Below are positions 1-10,348 of a stretch of 64,000 nucleotides of DNA, piece by piece; positions within the stretch are counted from its first letter, which is position 1, and each line of letters begins with the position of its first letter. Below the pieces are notes generated by a model. It worked only from the letters and a program-made list of their open reading frames with translations. It had not been told where the DNA came from and ran no database searches. The position numbers were made by a program, and so were the translations under genes. This stretch comes from Opitutaceae bacterium (GTDB lineage Bacteria; Verrucomicrobiota; Verrucomicrobiia; Opitutales; Coraliomargaritaceae): NCBI GenBank assembly GCA_051252375.1, contig JBPOFY010000005.1, positions 128,001 through 192,000 on the forward strand. The letters are read 5' to 3'.

Positions 1-181
1 TGAAGACTCTGTGTAGCGCGATGGACAGTTCGACCACACCGAGGTTTGGCCCCACGTGTCCCCCATTACGAGAGGTGACAGAAATGATGCGCTCGCGAAT
101 TTCTTGGGCGAGCTGCGGGAGCTGGTCTTCCGACAGTTTTTTGACGTCGGCAGGTGATTGAATGCTGTCTAAAAGAGACAT
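1..181 (-). CDS. dxs: 1-deoxy-D-xylulose-5-phosphate synthase, 5' part (runs off the window)
   Basis: Manual translation from ATG at 181: [60 protein letters not shown]; the GGH.G.NLG.VEL..ALH motif is typical of the DXS N-terminus; lies downstream of xseB. Confidence 0.93.
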   Translation of the reverse strand, partial: MSLLDSIQSPADVKKLSEDQLPQLAQEIRERIISVTSRNGGHVGPNLGVVELSIALHRVF

Positions 182-232
182 GTTCCGTTGGTAGAAAGTA
201 GTGGGCAGAGTGAGCGTATGCTGACCTGCGGA

Positions 233-475
233 TTAATTGTCGGCGGTGGTCTCGTCGAACGGTTCGACTTCACCTGTCTTGATGTTGAGTTTCTCGATCT
301 TGATTTCAGCCTTTTTCAATTGTGCCTGGCACACTTTGAGTAGGGTAGAGCCTTCTTCAAATTTCGCAACCAGATCGGCCAATGGGATCTCGCCGGACTC
401 CATTGAATGAATGATGCCTTCAAGTTGTTCGAGGGCGGTCTCGAAAGAGAGTTCGTCTGTTGGTTTCTTGGGCAT
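233..475 (-). CDS. xseB: Exodeoxyribonuclease VII small subunit
   Basis: 80 aa with FETALEQLE.I...ME.GE..L...V..FEEG..L...C...L..AE motif. Confidence 0.95.
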   Translation of the reverse strand: MPKKPTDELSFETALEQLEGIIHSMESGEIPLADLVAKFEEGSTLLKVCQAQLKKAEIKIEKLNIKTGEVEPFDETTADN

Positions 476-486
476 GTGTCGGGTCG

Positions 487-1680
487 TTAAATGTTAAGGG
501 CGACTGACTCGTCGGCGCGGAAAGCGCCACGGATGACATCGAGGTCGATGTTTTTGGTGATCAAATCTTTAATGATCGGAATTTTGTCGCTGTCACCCGG
601 TTGTGTTTTGACAGTCATATTGTTGATCTTTGAGGCCACACCGTAGCTTTCGTCGTTACAGATGACGACGGGGATGCTGGTTTTGGCGATCATGTCCATC
701 AACTTCGGGTGGGGAAGCACGTTTCGGGTGAGGATGAGTCCCGAGAGCACGCGCTCACCGGCGATGCCTTCTGCGGCGATCGCGGCGAGGATGATGTCTT
801 CGCGGTCACCAGGAGTGACGATGAGAATGCCGGGTTGTAAATAATCGACTAGACCTTTCGCGGCCATGGCACCGATGATCACTTTGTCCACACGTTCGGA
901 CTCGCCGTGTTGGCGGCCGTTTAGCCAGCGCCCCTTTACTTCTTCGACGATCTGATTGAGGTTCGGTCGAGTGAGCCTCTGCTCCATTGGTATGCAACCG
1001 AGTAGGGGAATACCCATGCGCTCGAGTGCGATACGGCAGTATTTATCGACCATCTCGATTTTGCTGGGCTCCACCTTATTGATGATCGCTCCAATCACAT
1101 CGACGCCTGCTTTTTCAAACAGGGCTTTGTTTAACGCAATCTCATCAATCGGCCGACCCACACCGCCACGTGCGACGATAATGACTTTAGCATTCAACCG
1201 CTTGGCGACATCGGCGTTGGAAAGATTAAAGACGGAGCCGACACCTGCGTGGCCCGTGCCTTCAATGATGATGTAATCGTTTTGAAATGCAGCACGGTCG
1301 AAGGCGCGGCACATCTTGTCGATCAGTTGCTCGTGGCTTTGGCTCGGGTTGTCCAGAAACTCGCGCGTAAAGTTGGCGTGCACAGCAATCGGGCTCATTG
1401 CCTGAATCGGTATTTTGACGTCGAAGATACGATTTAGTAGGATGGAGTCCTCATCGATTTGGTGACCGTCAATTTCGACGAAACGCTGGCCGACTGGTTT
1501 GATGAAGCCGACTTGTTTGGTAAACGTGCGAAGCGCGGCAAAGAGGGCGAGACTGGTCGTCGTCTTACCATCGTTCATACGCGTGGCTGCGATGAAGATG
1601 CGCTTGGTCGATTTGTTGCGCGGTGCCGTCAGAATCTCGTTGTCGTCGGGTTCTGTGAAGAGCTTCTTTGGAGTGGGCAT
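487..1680 (-). CDS. BioD-like P-loop plus DRTGG domain protein (phosphotransacetylase N-terminal-like)
   Basis: GKTT P-loop, GFIKPVG, IIEGTGH and TPGDREDI (DRTGG) motifs; adjacent to pta. Confidence 0.85.
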   Translation of the reverse strand: MPTPKKLFTEPDDNEILTAPRNKSTKRIFIAATRMNDGKTTTSLALFAALRTFTKQVGFIKPVGQRFVEIDGHQIDEDSILLNRIFDVKIPIQAMSPIAVHANFTREFLDNPSQSHEQLIDKMCRAFDRAAFQNDYIIIEGTGHAGVGSVFNLSNADVAKRLNAKVIIVARGGVGRPIDEIALNKALFEKAGVDVIGAIINKVEPSKIEMVDKYCRIALERMGIPLLGCIPMEQRLTRPNLNQIVEEVKGRWLNGRQHGESERVDKVIIGAMAAKGLVDYLQPGILIVTPGDREDIILAAIAAEGIAGERVLSGLILTRNVLPHPKLMDMIAKTSIPVVICNDESYGVASKINNMTVKTQPGDSDKIPIIKDLITKNIDLDVIRGAFRADESVALNI

Positions 1681-1714
1681 CGTCGCTTGTGTTTACTGGT
1701 TGGCTGGGAGCTGC

Positions 1715-2785
1715 TTAATCGATTTTGGTGACGTCTTCGTTGAGGTCGTCGCCATCGGTTGGATAGAGCAGCTTGTGGTCGATTGCTTGTGAGGCGACCA
1801 TGACGGCGGTGCCGAAGATGTCGCTGGCAGTGGCACCGCGGCTGATCTCGGCTGCTGGCTTGGAGAGACCGGTCAAAATAGGACCATAGTTGCGCGCCCG
1901 GGTGAGCACATCGACCAGTTTGGAAGCGATATTGGCTGAGTGGAGATCGGGGAAGATGAGCACGTTGGCACGACCCGCGACAGTGCCGTCGATTTTCTTC
2001 GTTTGAGCGACTGCAGCGTCGAGGGCCGCATCGACTTGGAGCTCGCCGTCGATTTCCATCGGGATGCCGAGGCTGAGGGCCTTCTTACGAGCAAGCTCGG
2101 TGGCCGCTTTCATCTTAGCGACGGTCGGGTTCTTACTTGAAACGCTCTTACTGGAATAGCTGAGCAGGGCGACGCGTGGCTTGGAATTCGTCAAGTGGTA
2201 GCGCAGGGCCGCAGTGGTGACTGCGATATCGCAAAGCTGCTCGCTGGTTGGATCGGGAATAACCGCGCAGTCCGCGAGGAAAAGCTCCCGGTCTTTACCC
2301 GTTTTCGGATCTTCCATGTCGAAGATGTTGAGCGAAGACATGGTTTTGACGTCAGCATGCAAAGGGATGATTTGCAGGAGTGGGCGCAGTGCACTGGATG
2401 CATTACTGGTCGCACCAGAGACAATGGCGTCTGCCTGTCCGGTCGCCAGCATCATTGTGGCGAAATAGTTTGGGTTCTCAAGGTAGGTCTCGGCGTCTTT
2501 GTCTTTCAGATTCTTGAAACGGCGAAGCCCTTGGAACTTAGTGACGAAGCCATCCCACTCGCTGCTGCGGCGTGGCTCGATGATGCGGATGTGCTCGAGG
2601 TTGATGTCGAGCTTTTCGGCATTCTCCTTAATTTTGGCGCGATCACCGATGAGGATGGGGATACCCAATCCACGGGTGGCGAACTTTCGTGCGGCTTGGA
2701 GGATACGAGGATCGCTGCCTTCAGGGAAGACGACGCGTTTCGGGTGGCGCTTGAGGCGCTCGGCAAGTTTGGCAATTAATGGCAT
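1715..2785 (-). CDS. pta: Phosphate acetyltransferase (catalytic domain only)
   Basis: RVVFPEG.DPRIL.AA, ADCAVIPDP, DGELQVDAA, ANVLIFPDL, YGPIL.GL.KP...SRG motifs. Confidence 0.9.
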   Translation of the reverse strand: MPLIAKLAERLKRHPKRVVFPEGSDPRILQAARKFATRGLGIPILIGDRAKIKENAEKLDINLEHIRIIEPRRSSEWDGFVTKFQGLRRFKNLKDKDAETYLENPNYFATMMLATGQADAIVSGATSNASSALRPLLQIIPLHADVKTMSSLNIFDMEDPKTGKDRELFLADCAVIPDPTSEQLCDIAVTTAALRYHLTNSKPRVALLSYSSKSVSSKNPTVAKMKAATELARKKALSLGIPMEIDGELQVDAALDAAVAQTKKIDGTVAGRANVLIFPDLHSANIASKLVDVLTRARNYGPILTGLSKPAAEISRGATASDIFGTAVMVASQAIDHKLLYPTDGDDLNEDVTKID

Positions 2786-2949
2786 GATAAATAGTGTTTA
2801 AGATGAAAAATAGGTTTATGGGTGGGGTATGAATAAATGACTAAAAGTCGAACAGCATCCACATAGAGCATGAAATATACAATTGCCAAAGTTTTTTCCC
2901 ACGTAGTTTCTTATTCCTAGGCAGTCGAATTCTGCCAAATGCTGTATTT

Positions 2950-4503
2950 ATGCCAACAAAACTCAAAAATATCGCTGTGGTGAGCCTATCTACCGTGGGT
3001 TCACGTGTGTTGGGCTTATTGCGGGATATTTTGATTTTTGCGGCTTTGGGCGCGAGTTTGTGGAATTCGGCCTTCATTTTGGCGTTTACCTTGCCGAATT
3101 TGTTTCGGCGTCTGCTCGGAGAGGGGGCACTGACCTCCGCCATTGTGCCGGTTTTTTCCGATGTGATGGAGCGCGAGGGGCGTGAGCGGGCATTTGATTT
3201 TTTCAACCAAGTGATCGTGCGGCTCAGCATTGTGCTGTGTATTCTGGTCGCGGGCGGGATGTGCTTGCTCGGGTTTTTGGCGCGCAGCGGTTGGCTGTCG
3301 GAGCGCTGGGCGCTGGGCTCCGAGTTGGCGTTAGTGCTCTTGCCCTATATGATCTTTATTTGCTTGGCTGCGATTGTGTCGGCCGGGCTGAATCTGGTCG
3401 GTCGGTTCGCGGTGGCGGCCTGCACGCCGATTTTGCTGAATTTGGCGATGATCGGTGCGGTGGCTGCTGGTATGTTCTTGGAGGCAGAAACGGCTCAACT
3501 GGTTTACTGGCTTTGCGGAGGTGTGCTGTTTGGTGGTTTATTGCAATTGCTGGCACCCGCGTGGGATCTAAGCCGACAAGGTTGGCGGCCGCGTTTGAAG
3601 GTGAAAGCCAACGCGGCGATGGGGGAGCTGTGGCGCTTGTTTTTACCCGGCCTGATGGGGGCGGCGATTCTACAGGTCAATATTCTCGTTTCGCGTCTGC
3701 TTGCATTTACTTTGGATGATTCGTCGGTATCCGTGCTGTATCTTGCCAGCCGTTTGATGGAGTTGCCCTTGGGTATTTTTACCGTGGCGGTAGTCACCGT
3801 CTTTTTCCCGCTCATGGCACGCGCCTTGTCGGCACAGGACGCAGATGGATTTGCGAAAGTATTTCTACAAGGCATGCGTTTGGTGGTGGGGGTTTCGGTG
3901 CCTGCCGGCGTCGGGCTTTGCGTGCTCGGCGAGCCGATCCTCGGGCTGCTGTTTCAGTGGGGCGCCTTTGATCAAGCCGATGTGATCGCCACGATTCCGC
4001 TGATCGCGATTTATGGTATCGGTTTGCCCTTTTATTCCGCCGCGACTTTTGCGACCCGTGGGTTGCATGCGGGCAAAGATATGAAAACCCCAGTGCGCGT
4101 GGCGGGGCTCTGCTTGGCAGTCAATGCCGTTTCGGGGATCATCCTCATGCAGTTCTTTGGTGCCAGTGGTTTAGCGACTGCCAATGTATTGGCAGCGCTT
4201 GTTCAAGCAGTGGTGCTCTGGCGCGCGCTTTCAAAGCAGCGTCCGGATATTTCGTTCAGTCGCTTGCGTCCCGCCATGTTGAAAGTAATCGGCGCCGGAT
4301 TGCTGATGGGTGTTTTCTGCGCCCTCGGTTTGGCTTTCTTCAACCAATTTGAATGGTCCGAAAAATTACATGCAGCATTGACCGTGGGCACACTCGTTCC
4401 AGCAGGTGGCGCCTTCTATTTTGGACTGCTCTACCTCTTCAAATTCGAAGAGCTACAAGAGATGTGGGCCTTGGTTCGCCGAGTCCTGCCCGGCGGCCGA
4501 TAG
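2950..4503 (+). CDS. murJ: Lipid II flippase MurJ/MviN
   Basis: SRVLGLLRD, PNLFRRLLGEGAL and ASRLMELPLG motifs; multi-TM. Confidence 0.96.
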   Translation: MPTKLKNIAVVSLSTVGSRVLGLLRDILIFAALGASLWNSAFILAFTLPNLFRRLLGEGALTSAIVPVFSDVMEREGRERAFDFFNQVIVRLSIVLCILVAGGMCLLGFLARSGWLSERWALGSELALVLLPYMIFICLAAIVSAGLNLVGRFAVAACTPILLNLAMIGAVAAGMFLEAETAQLVYWLCGGVLFGGLLQLLAPAWDLSRQGWRPRLKVKANAAMGELWRLFLPGLMGAAILQVNILVSRLLAFTLDDSSVSVLYLASRLMELPLGIFTVAVVTVFFPLMARALSAQDADGFAKVFLQGMRLVVGVSVPAGVGLCVLGEPILGLLFQWGAFDQADVIATIPLIAIYGIGLPFYSAATFATRGLHAGKDMKTPVRVAGLCLAVNAVSGIILMQFFGASGLATANVLAALVQAVVLWRALSKQRPDISFSRLRPAMLKVIGAGLLMGVFCALGLAFFNQFEWSEKLHAALTVGTLVPAGGAFYFGLLYLFKFEELQEMWALVRRVLPGGR

Positions 4504-4549
4504 TGGAGTCATTGGGTTCGCGGCAATGTGACTACACGCCTAGTTCGAA
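4502..4549 (-). repeat. Degenerate terminal attC (R'' and L arms present, R' GTT missing)
   Basis: Minus strand TTCGAAC-TAGGC-GTGTAGTCACATTG...CAATGACTCCAC then runs into the murJ stop without a GTT core. Confidence 0.6.
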
Positions 4550-4563
4550 CTTAGGGTGATTAG

Positions 4564-4830
4564 TTAGATTACCTTTTCAAAAACCATTGTAGCTTGAATC
4601 TTATCTCCTGATAAGAAACCCTTAGACCCTGACGAAGTGGTCGAAATCGTGTGTAGTCTATATCCGTTAGCTACTTGCTTATTAATTGCTGCTTGCAAGT
4701 TAGTTAGGCTGGATCCTCCAGATCCAGTCCCGAGAAACTTTTCTGTTAAAACAACCTGCTGAACAACATACATGTCGCCAGCTTTACCTTGCGCTGAAAT
4801 AGCTTCTGCATCGAATCCGAATCCTGCCAT
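4564..4830 (-). CDS. Cassette 4: DUF4177-like small protein
   Basis: 88 aa; L...IN...A.GY.L pattern and C-terminal MVFEK resemble DUF4177. Confidence 0.7.
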   Translation of the reverse strand: MAGFGFDAEAISAQGKAGDMYVVQQVVLTEKFLGTGSGGSSLTNLQAAINKQVANGYRLHTISTTSSGSKGFLSGDKIQATMVFEKVI

Positions 4831-4871
4831 AGTTTAATCCTTTGTTTGAGTTATTGTGTAGAAATTTTTCC

Positions 4872-4943
4872 TTCGAACGTAGAGATGTATCGATGTAGTG
4901 GAGGCGAAGCCGTAACGAAATTGATACGATCGACTGGTTCGAC
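4872..4943 (-). repeat. attC site (72 bp)
   Basis: Minus strand GTCGAAC...GAT(C)GTATCAAT...ATCGATACATC...GTTCGAA; starts immediately after the TAA of 4944..5582; one extrahelical base in the L arm. Confidence 0.88.
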
Positions 4944-5582
4944 TTATACTTTTCTTTGTCGCCGTGTTACAAAAGCCAGTGCAGCAAGACCAAAAAGAAG
5001 AGCGGATGAAGGCTCAGGTATAATGTTGAAACTTGTATTCGCAGTATCCGATACGCCGAAATTGTTGTAGGCTGTTACGCTAAGACTGTGATTTCCTTCT
5101 GTTAGAAATGAGGCATAGTCGATCTCTGCCGTATTTATAGTAGCGTTCAGTGTTATAAATCGATCAATTCCATTAATCGACCATGTGTAATGATGCATAC
5201 CTGATGGATCAGAACTTCCAGATGCATCAAATTGTAAGTTATCACCGAAACTGAAAGTTGCGCCCGGAGTCAGGGCTACCGTCGGAGTCGAAGGATTGAA
5301 GGCAATCCCCTCTTCATCAATAATTCCGTCGAGGTCGTTATCTATTCCATCGTTCCAATCAATTAGCCCGTTCGCCGCATTCGCGTTATTATCAAATGAG
5401 TCGAAAGGAAGGGTTGAAAAGCCAATGGGGGCTAAGGTGCCGTTGTGAATAGTGCCTACTCCAGCGCCGCCGTAGCCATCCATGTCAGCATCTACATAGA
5501 CTGTGATGTTTGCATTCAACGAAGTATTTATCAATATGATGAGAGGTAATGCCGTTAGGTAGATTTGTTTTTTCGCGGTCAT
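4944..5582 (-). CDS. Cassette 3: PEP-CTERM surface protein with Asp-rich metal-binding-like motif and PKD-like domain
   Basis: Signal peptide; YVDADMDGYG...DGIDNDLDGIIDE; FDASGSSDP...YTW; C-terminal IPEPSSALLFGLAALAFVTRRQRK. Confidence 0.88.
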   Translation of the reverse strand: MTAKKQIYLTALPLIILINTSLNANITVYVDADMDGYGGAGVGTIHNGTLAPIGFSTLPFDSFDNNANAANGLIDWNDGIDNDLDGIIDEEGIAFNPSTPTVALTPGATFSFGDNLQFDASGSSDPSGMHHYTWSINGIDRFITLNATINTAEIDYASFLTEGNHSLSVTAYNNFGVSDTANTSFNIIPEPSSALLFGLAALAFVTRRQRKV

Positions 5583-5613
5583 GGTAGTTTTCGTTTTTGG
5601 GTGGATTTTGATT

Positions 5614-6131
<518 letters not shown>

Positions 6132-6139
6132 TTCTTATT

Positions 6140-6210
6140 ACACAACGCGGAAGGTAGCAATGAGTGTAGCGCGGAGCGCGAAACTCATTGGCTATCCTGA
6201 TTTGTTAGAC
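6140..6210 (-). repeat. attC site (71 bp)
   Basis: Minus strand GTCTAAC (canonical RYYYAAC)-AAATC-AGGATAGCCAATGAGT...ACTCATTGCTACCT-TCCGC-GTTGTGT. Confidence 0.92.
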
Positions 6211-6213
6211 ATG

Positions 6214-6570
6214 TCATATGTTTAAGGTGGGGCTACACATCTCTGTATCTGAAACAGCGTAGCCATTTTTTTCCAGAAAACCTACTAAAGATTGATAATC
6301 AATTGATTCTAGATTCCTCATAAGGCCGCAGAATTTGATCGTGCCTTGGTGATTCATTGCTTCCTTTATTCCATCGAATGCTCTTTGTGCAATCCCGTTT
6401 CGTTGATATGGCTCTCGGATCCTCCATATCAGAATACCAAATTCCTTAGTATCTGCTTTGTAAGAGAAGTGGACATCGAATTCTGCCTCATCTCCTCTAG
6501 TGGATTTTCCAGTATTAATTGTGTCTGAAGCATGGTTTAGTATTCGGTTACTGACTTCTTCTGGATTCAT
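6214..6570 (-). CDS. Cassette 1: hypothetical protein, possibly GNAT-like
   Basis: 118 aa; YQRNGIA resembles GNAT motif A and FLEKNGY motif B; ATG lies 2 nt after the GTTAGAC core. Confidence 0.55.
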   Translation of the reverse strand: MNPEEVSNRILNHASDTINTGKSTRGDEAEFDVHFSYKADTKEFGILIWRIREPYQRNGIAQRAFDGIKEAMNHQGTIKFCGLMRNLESIDYQSLVGFLEKNGYAVSDTEMCSPTLNI

Positions 6571-6572
6571 TT

Positions 6573-6605
6573 GTCTAACAAGTGATTATGTCATTTTGAG
6601 ATATT
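6573..6605 (-). other. attI-like recombination site
   Basis: Minus strand AATATCTCAAAATGACATAATCACTT-GTTAGAC: canonical GTTRRRY core heading the array, with no upstream attC hairpin. Confidence 0.65.
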
Positions 6606-6626
6606 CTTCCGTGAAGCGGCTGTCAA
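6598..6626 (-). promoter_or_regulatory. Candidate cassette promoter (Pc-like)
   Basis: Minus strand TTGACA-N17-TATCTC pointing into the array; -35 perfect, -10 weak. Confidence 0.4.
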
Positions 6627-6785
6627 ACGTCCTTTGAGGGAGTAAAGCTAGGATTTCCTAATGACATATCATTCCAATTGGGGTGTTATGTCATTTTGCG
6701 ATATTATTCTAAATCCGTGGCTGTTGGACTTTTGGGAGGTTTCCTTGGTCGTATAATGTCGCATTCTTCTTGGATATAGGAGTCA

Positions 6786-8354
6786 GTGTTTTCCATGAAG
6801 CAGAACAAGCCCGTCAATTTAGGTAAGGAAGTCTATAAGCAGTTGCGCACCCAGTCGTGGGATGAGCTCTGGCATCATGAGGTGCCTTTGTTTGATGCGG
6901 GGACTGTGGAATACCGTTCGGCGCGTGTTGGCTTGGTCCGTGCGATCGGAGTGGTGGCTTTGGAGAAGGCGACAAAAGAGCAACGTGACCAGACCAGCGA
7001 GTGGTTGATTGGCTTGCTGCAAGATCCGGATGAGAAGGTCCGCCGCTATGCGATGGCGGCATTACCCAAAGTGGGCGGTGGCGAGGAGAGCGAGAAAGCG
7101 ATTTTAGAAATACTCGATCAACCAGCAGGGGAGATTGAAGTCAAAAGTGTCAGCAAAACCCTAAGCAAGATTGGTGGCGAAGCCACGCTCGAGAAACTGG
7201 AAGCGCTGCATGATGACAACGAGGTGCTGCACCAAGCCGAACAAAAGGTGAAAGCCCAGTTGGCTCGTAAGGAAGAGCCCGCCAGCATTCGCATGGATGC
7301 GAAAATCAAAGAGACGCGCAAGCTACGCATCCACCTTCGCACCCGTCGTGGTATGGAGCTTTTCGTGCGCGATGAATTACTGGCACACCCAAAACTGAAG
7401 AGCCGCTTTAAGGTCGTGCGCACCAGCCCCGGTTGTGTCGCACTATCCGCACTGCGCCCATTTACTTTAGCAGACGTGTATGAACTGCGCACCTTCGGTT
7501 CGATCAACTTCGTGCTCGGAGTCGTTGCCAAAAACGAAGCGAATCACACAGCAGCGTTGGCGAAGATCATTGCTTCGGAACTCACACAGCTCCTCTGCAG
7601 TAAACTAACCGAAGGTCAGCCACGCTACCGTTTACAATTTATGCGTGCCAAAGTGCCGCCACGTAAGGTGCAAGACATTGCCAACGCAGCCTTCGGTTTG
7701 TGCCCTGACTTGCTCAATGATCCACGTAAGTCACCTTGGGCAATTGAAGTCTATCCCGAGAAAGTCGGGCAGTCCGTCGAGCTACGTCCACGCGTCTTAC
7801 CCGATCCACGCTTCACATACCGCGTCGATGACGTGTCCGCTTCCACGCATCCTCCACTAGCTGCCGCAATGGCGCAGCTCGCGGGAGTTGAAGAGAACGA
7901 ATCGATTTGGGACCCGTTCTGTGGCTCTGCCCTAGAGTTGATCGAACGTGCTCGCCTAGGTGGCGTCGATTCGATCATTGCCTCCGATCGCGATGTGGAC
8001 GCCATCGAAGTCGCACGCCTCAATTTCGAATCTGCAGGCATTGAAAGTGGCAAGGTTGCCATCCATCTAGGTAGTTTCCGGAACTACGAAGCAGTCACTG
8101 GTATCGCACCGCAAAGCATCAGCTTGATCATAGCCAATCCTCCGCTCGGGCGCCGCGTCCGCATCGAAGATTTACAAGGCCTCATCAAAGATTTTTTCCA
8201 AGTAGCAACCGACACCCTCCGCCCCGGCGGACGCCTTGTCTTTATTAATCCACTGAAATTAGACAGCCACGACCCAACTTTGAAGTTGGAGGCTAGGCAT
8301 CTAGTCGATCTTGGTGGTTTCGACTGCCGTGTGGAGAAGTGGGTGAAGCAGTAG
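6786..8354 (+). CDS. HEAT-repeat plus class I SAM-dependent methyltransferase (RlmL/Trm14-like RNA methylase)
   Basis: DPDEKVRRYAMAAL HEAT-like segment; WDPFCGS motif I; IANPPLG motif IV. Confidence 0.72.
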   Translation: MFSMKQNKPVNLGKEVYKQLRTQSWDELWHHEVPLFDAGTVEYRSARVGLVRAIGVVALEKATKEQRDQTSEWLIGLLQDPDEKVRRYAMAALPKVGGGEESEKAILEILDQPAGEIEVKSVSKTLSKIGGEATLEKLEALHDDNEVLHQAEQKVKAQLARKEEPASIRMDAKIKETRKLRIHLRTRRGMELFVRDELLAHPKLKSRFKVVRTSPGCVALSALRPFTLADVYELRTFGSINFVLGVVAKNEANHTAALAKIIASELTQLLCSKLTEGQPRYRLQFMRAKVPPRKVQDIANAAFGLCPDLLNDPRKSPWAIEVYPEKVGQSVELRPRVLPDPRFTYRVDDVSASTHPPLAAAMAQLAGVEENESIWDPFCGSALELIERARLGGVDSIIASDRDVDAIEVARLNFESAGIESGKVAIHLGSFRNYEAVTGIAPQSISLIIANPPLGRRVRIEDLQGLIKDFFQVATDTLRPGGRLVFINPLKLDSHDPTLKLEARHLVDLGGFDCRVEKWVKQ

Positions 8355-8364
8355 GGTGTTGTTT

Positions 8365-8467
8365 TGGAGGGACGAGTTTCCACTCGTCCGCTTCTGGATA
8401 GTCTGGTCCAATGAAGTTTGAGGGTATTTGACGGATAAATGGCGGACGTGTGAAACACGTCCCTCCA
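8365..8467. repeat. Inverted REP pair (TGGAG-foot), between convergent genes
   Basis: TGGAG-GGACGAGT-TTCC-ACTCGTCC on plus and TGGAG-GGACGTGT-TTC-ACACGTCC on minus. Confidence 0.8.
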
Positions 8468-8469
8468 GC

Positions 8470-8892
8470 TCAAACCACTGCCGTCATATCTTTGGCCCAG
8501 GCGGATTCGATTTTTTCCATTAGATCTTGTGGTGGGCGCATGCCTTTGCCCTTGAGATCCATGAAGCCGTGGGTGGTCTCGCCGGTGGCGAGGAGCTCGT
8601 CGCCGCGTTTGACTTCATATTCGAAGCGCATGCGTGCGCGTGGCTTTTCTCGCATATATAAATGCACCTCTAGGCGGTCATCAAATCGGGCAGGGCTCTT
8701 ATAGGCTGCCGATACGGTGAGCACGGGGAGCAAAAGGCCACGCTTTTCAATGCCAGTGTAGGGGATGCCGATCTCGTCGAGCATCAGGATACGCGCCGTC
8801 TCGAACCAGATGAGATAGTTGCTGTGGTAAACCACATCCATGCGATCAGTTTCCGCGTAGCGCACACGGATTTTGGAGATAGTATGAATCAT
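8470..8892 (-). CDS. Acyl-CoA thioesterase, YbgC/FadM (4HBT) family
   Basis: RVRYAETD.M.VVYHSNYL.WFE.AR motif. Confidence 0.92.
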   Translation of the reverse strand: MIHTISKIRVRYAETDRMDVVYHSNYLIWFETARILMLDEIGIPYTGIEKRGLLLPVLTVSAAYKSPARFDDRLEVHLYMREKPRARMRFEYEVKRGDELLATGETTHGFMDLKGKGMRPPQDLMEKIESAWAKDMTAVV

Positions 8893-9011
8893 GGCGGCAA
8901 TATCTGAGATGGATTAGAAAAGGTCGAACTCGGAATTTTCGACTTTAGTTAAACTTATACCTTGACGGACTCATATAAGTTTATCTTGTTGTCCTGTGTT
9001 CATAAAAGTGA

Positions 9012-10130
<1,119 letters not shown>

Positions 10131-10160
10131 TTGAACTCGGTCACAACTGAATGAATTTCT

Positions 10161-10215
10161 GGCCGCCGCGGCAGGTATCCCAAAGGATTCTCTGATCGCG
10201 GCGGCCTTTCTTTTA
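10161..10215 (+). terminator. Long GC hairpin with T tract after gap
   Basis: GGCCGCCGCG...CGCGGCGGCC followed by TTTCTTTT. Confidence 0.55.
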
Positions 10216-10310
10216 TCCGCCCATGCTTTAGCGGGCTGTGGGTAAAAAGCCCTCCGTAGCTCTTAGAGCGAAAGCGGTCTTCATTTCATCAATTTATTTT
10301 TTCGGTTAGA

Positions 10311-10342
10311 TTCTAACTTCTAACTCCTACATTCTAACTTCT
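10311..10342 (+). repeat. Short tandem repeat (TTCTAAC)n upstream of pgk
   Basis: ttctaac ttctaac tcctaca ttctaac ttct, ending about 6 nt before the ATG. Confidence 0.7.
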
Positions 10343-10348
10343 TAAATT

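Noticed and set aside
6786..8354. Possible integron integrase next to the attI-like site
   Set aside because: No tyrosine-recombinase R-H-x-x-R-H-Y signature; the motifs are those of a SAM methyltransferase.
10216..10280. Possible structured ncRNA between gap and pgk
   Set aside because: Only short hairpins with no recognisable family features; cannot be supported without a covariance search.
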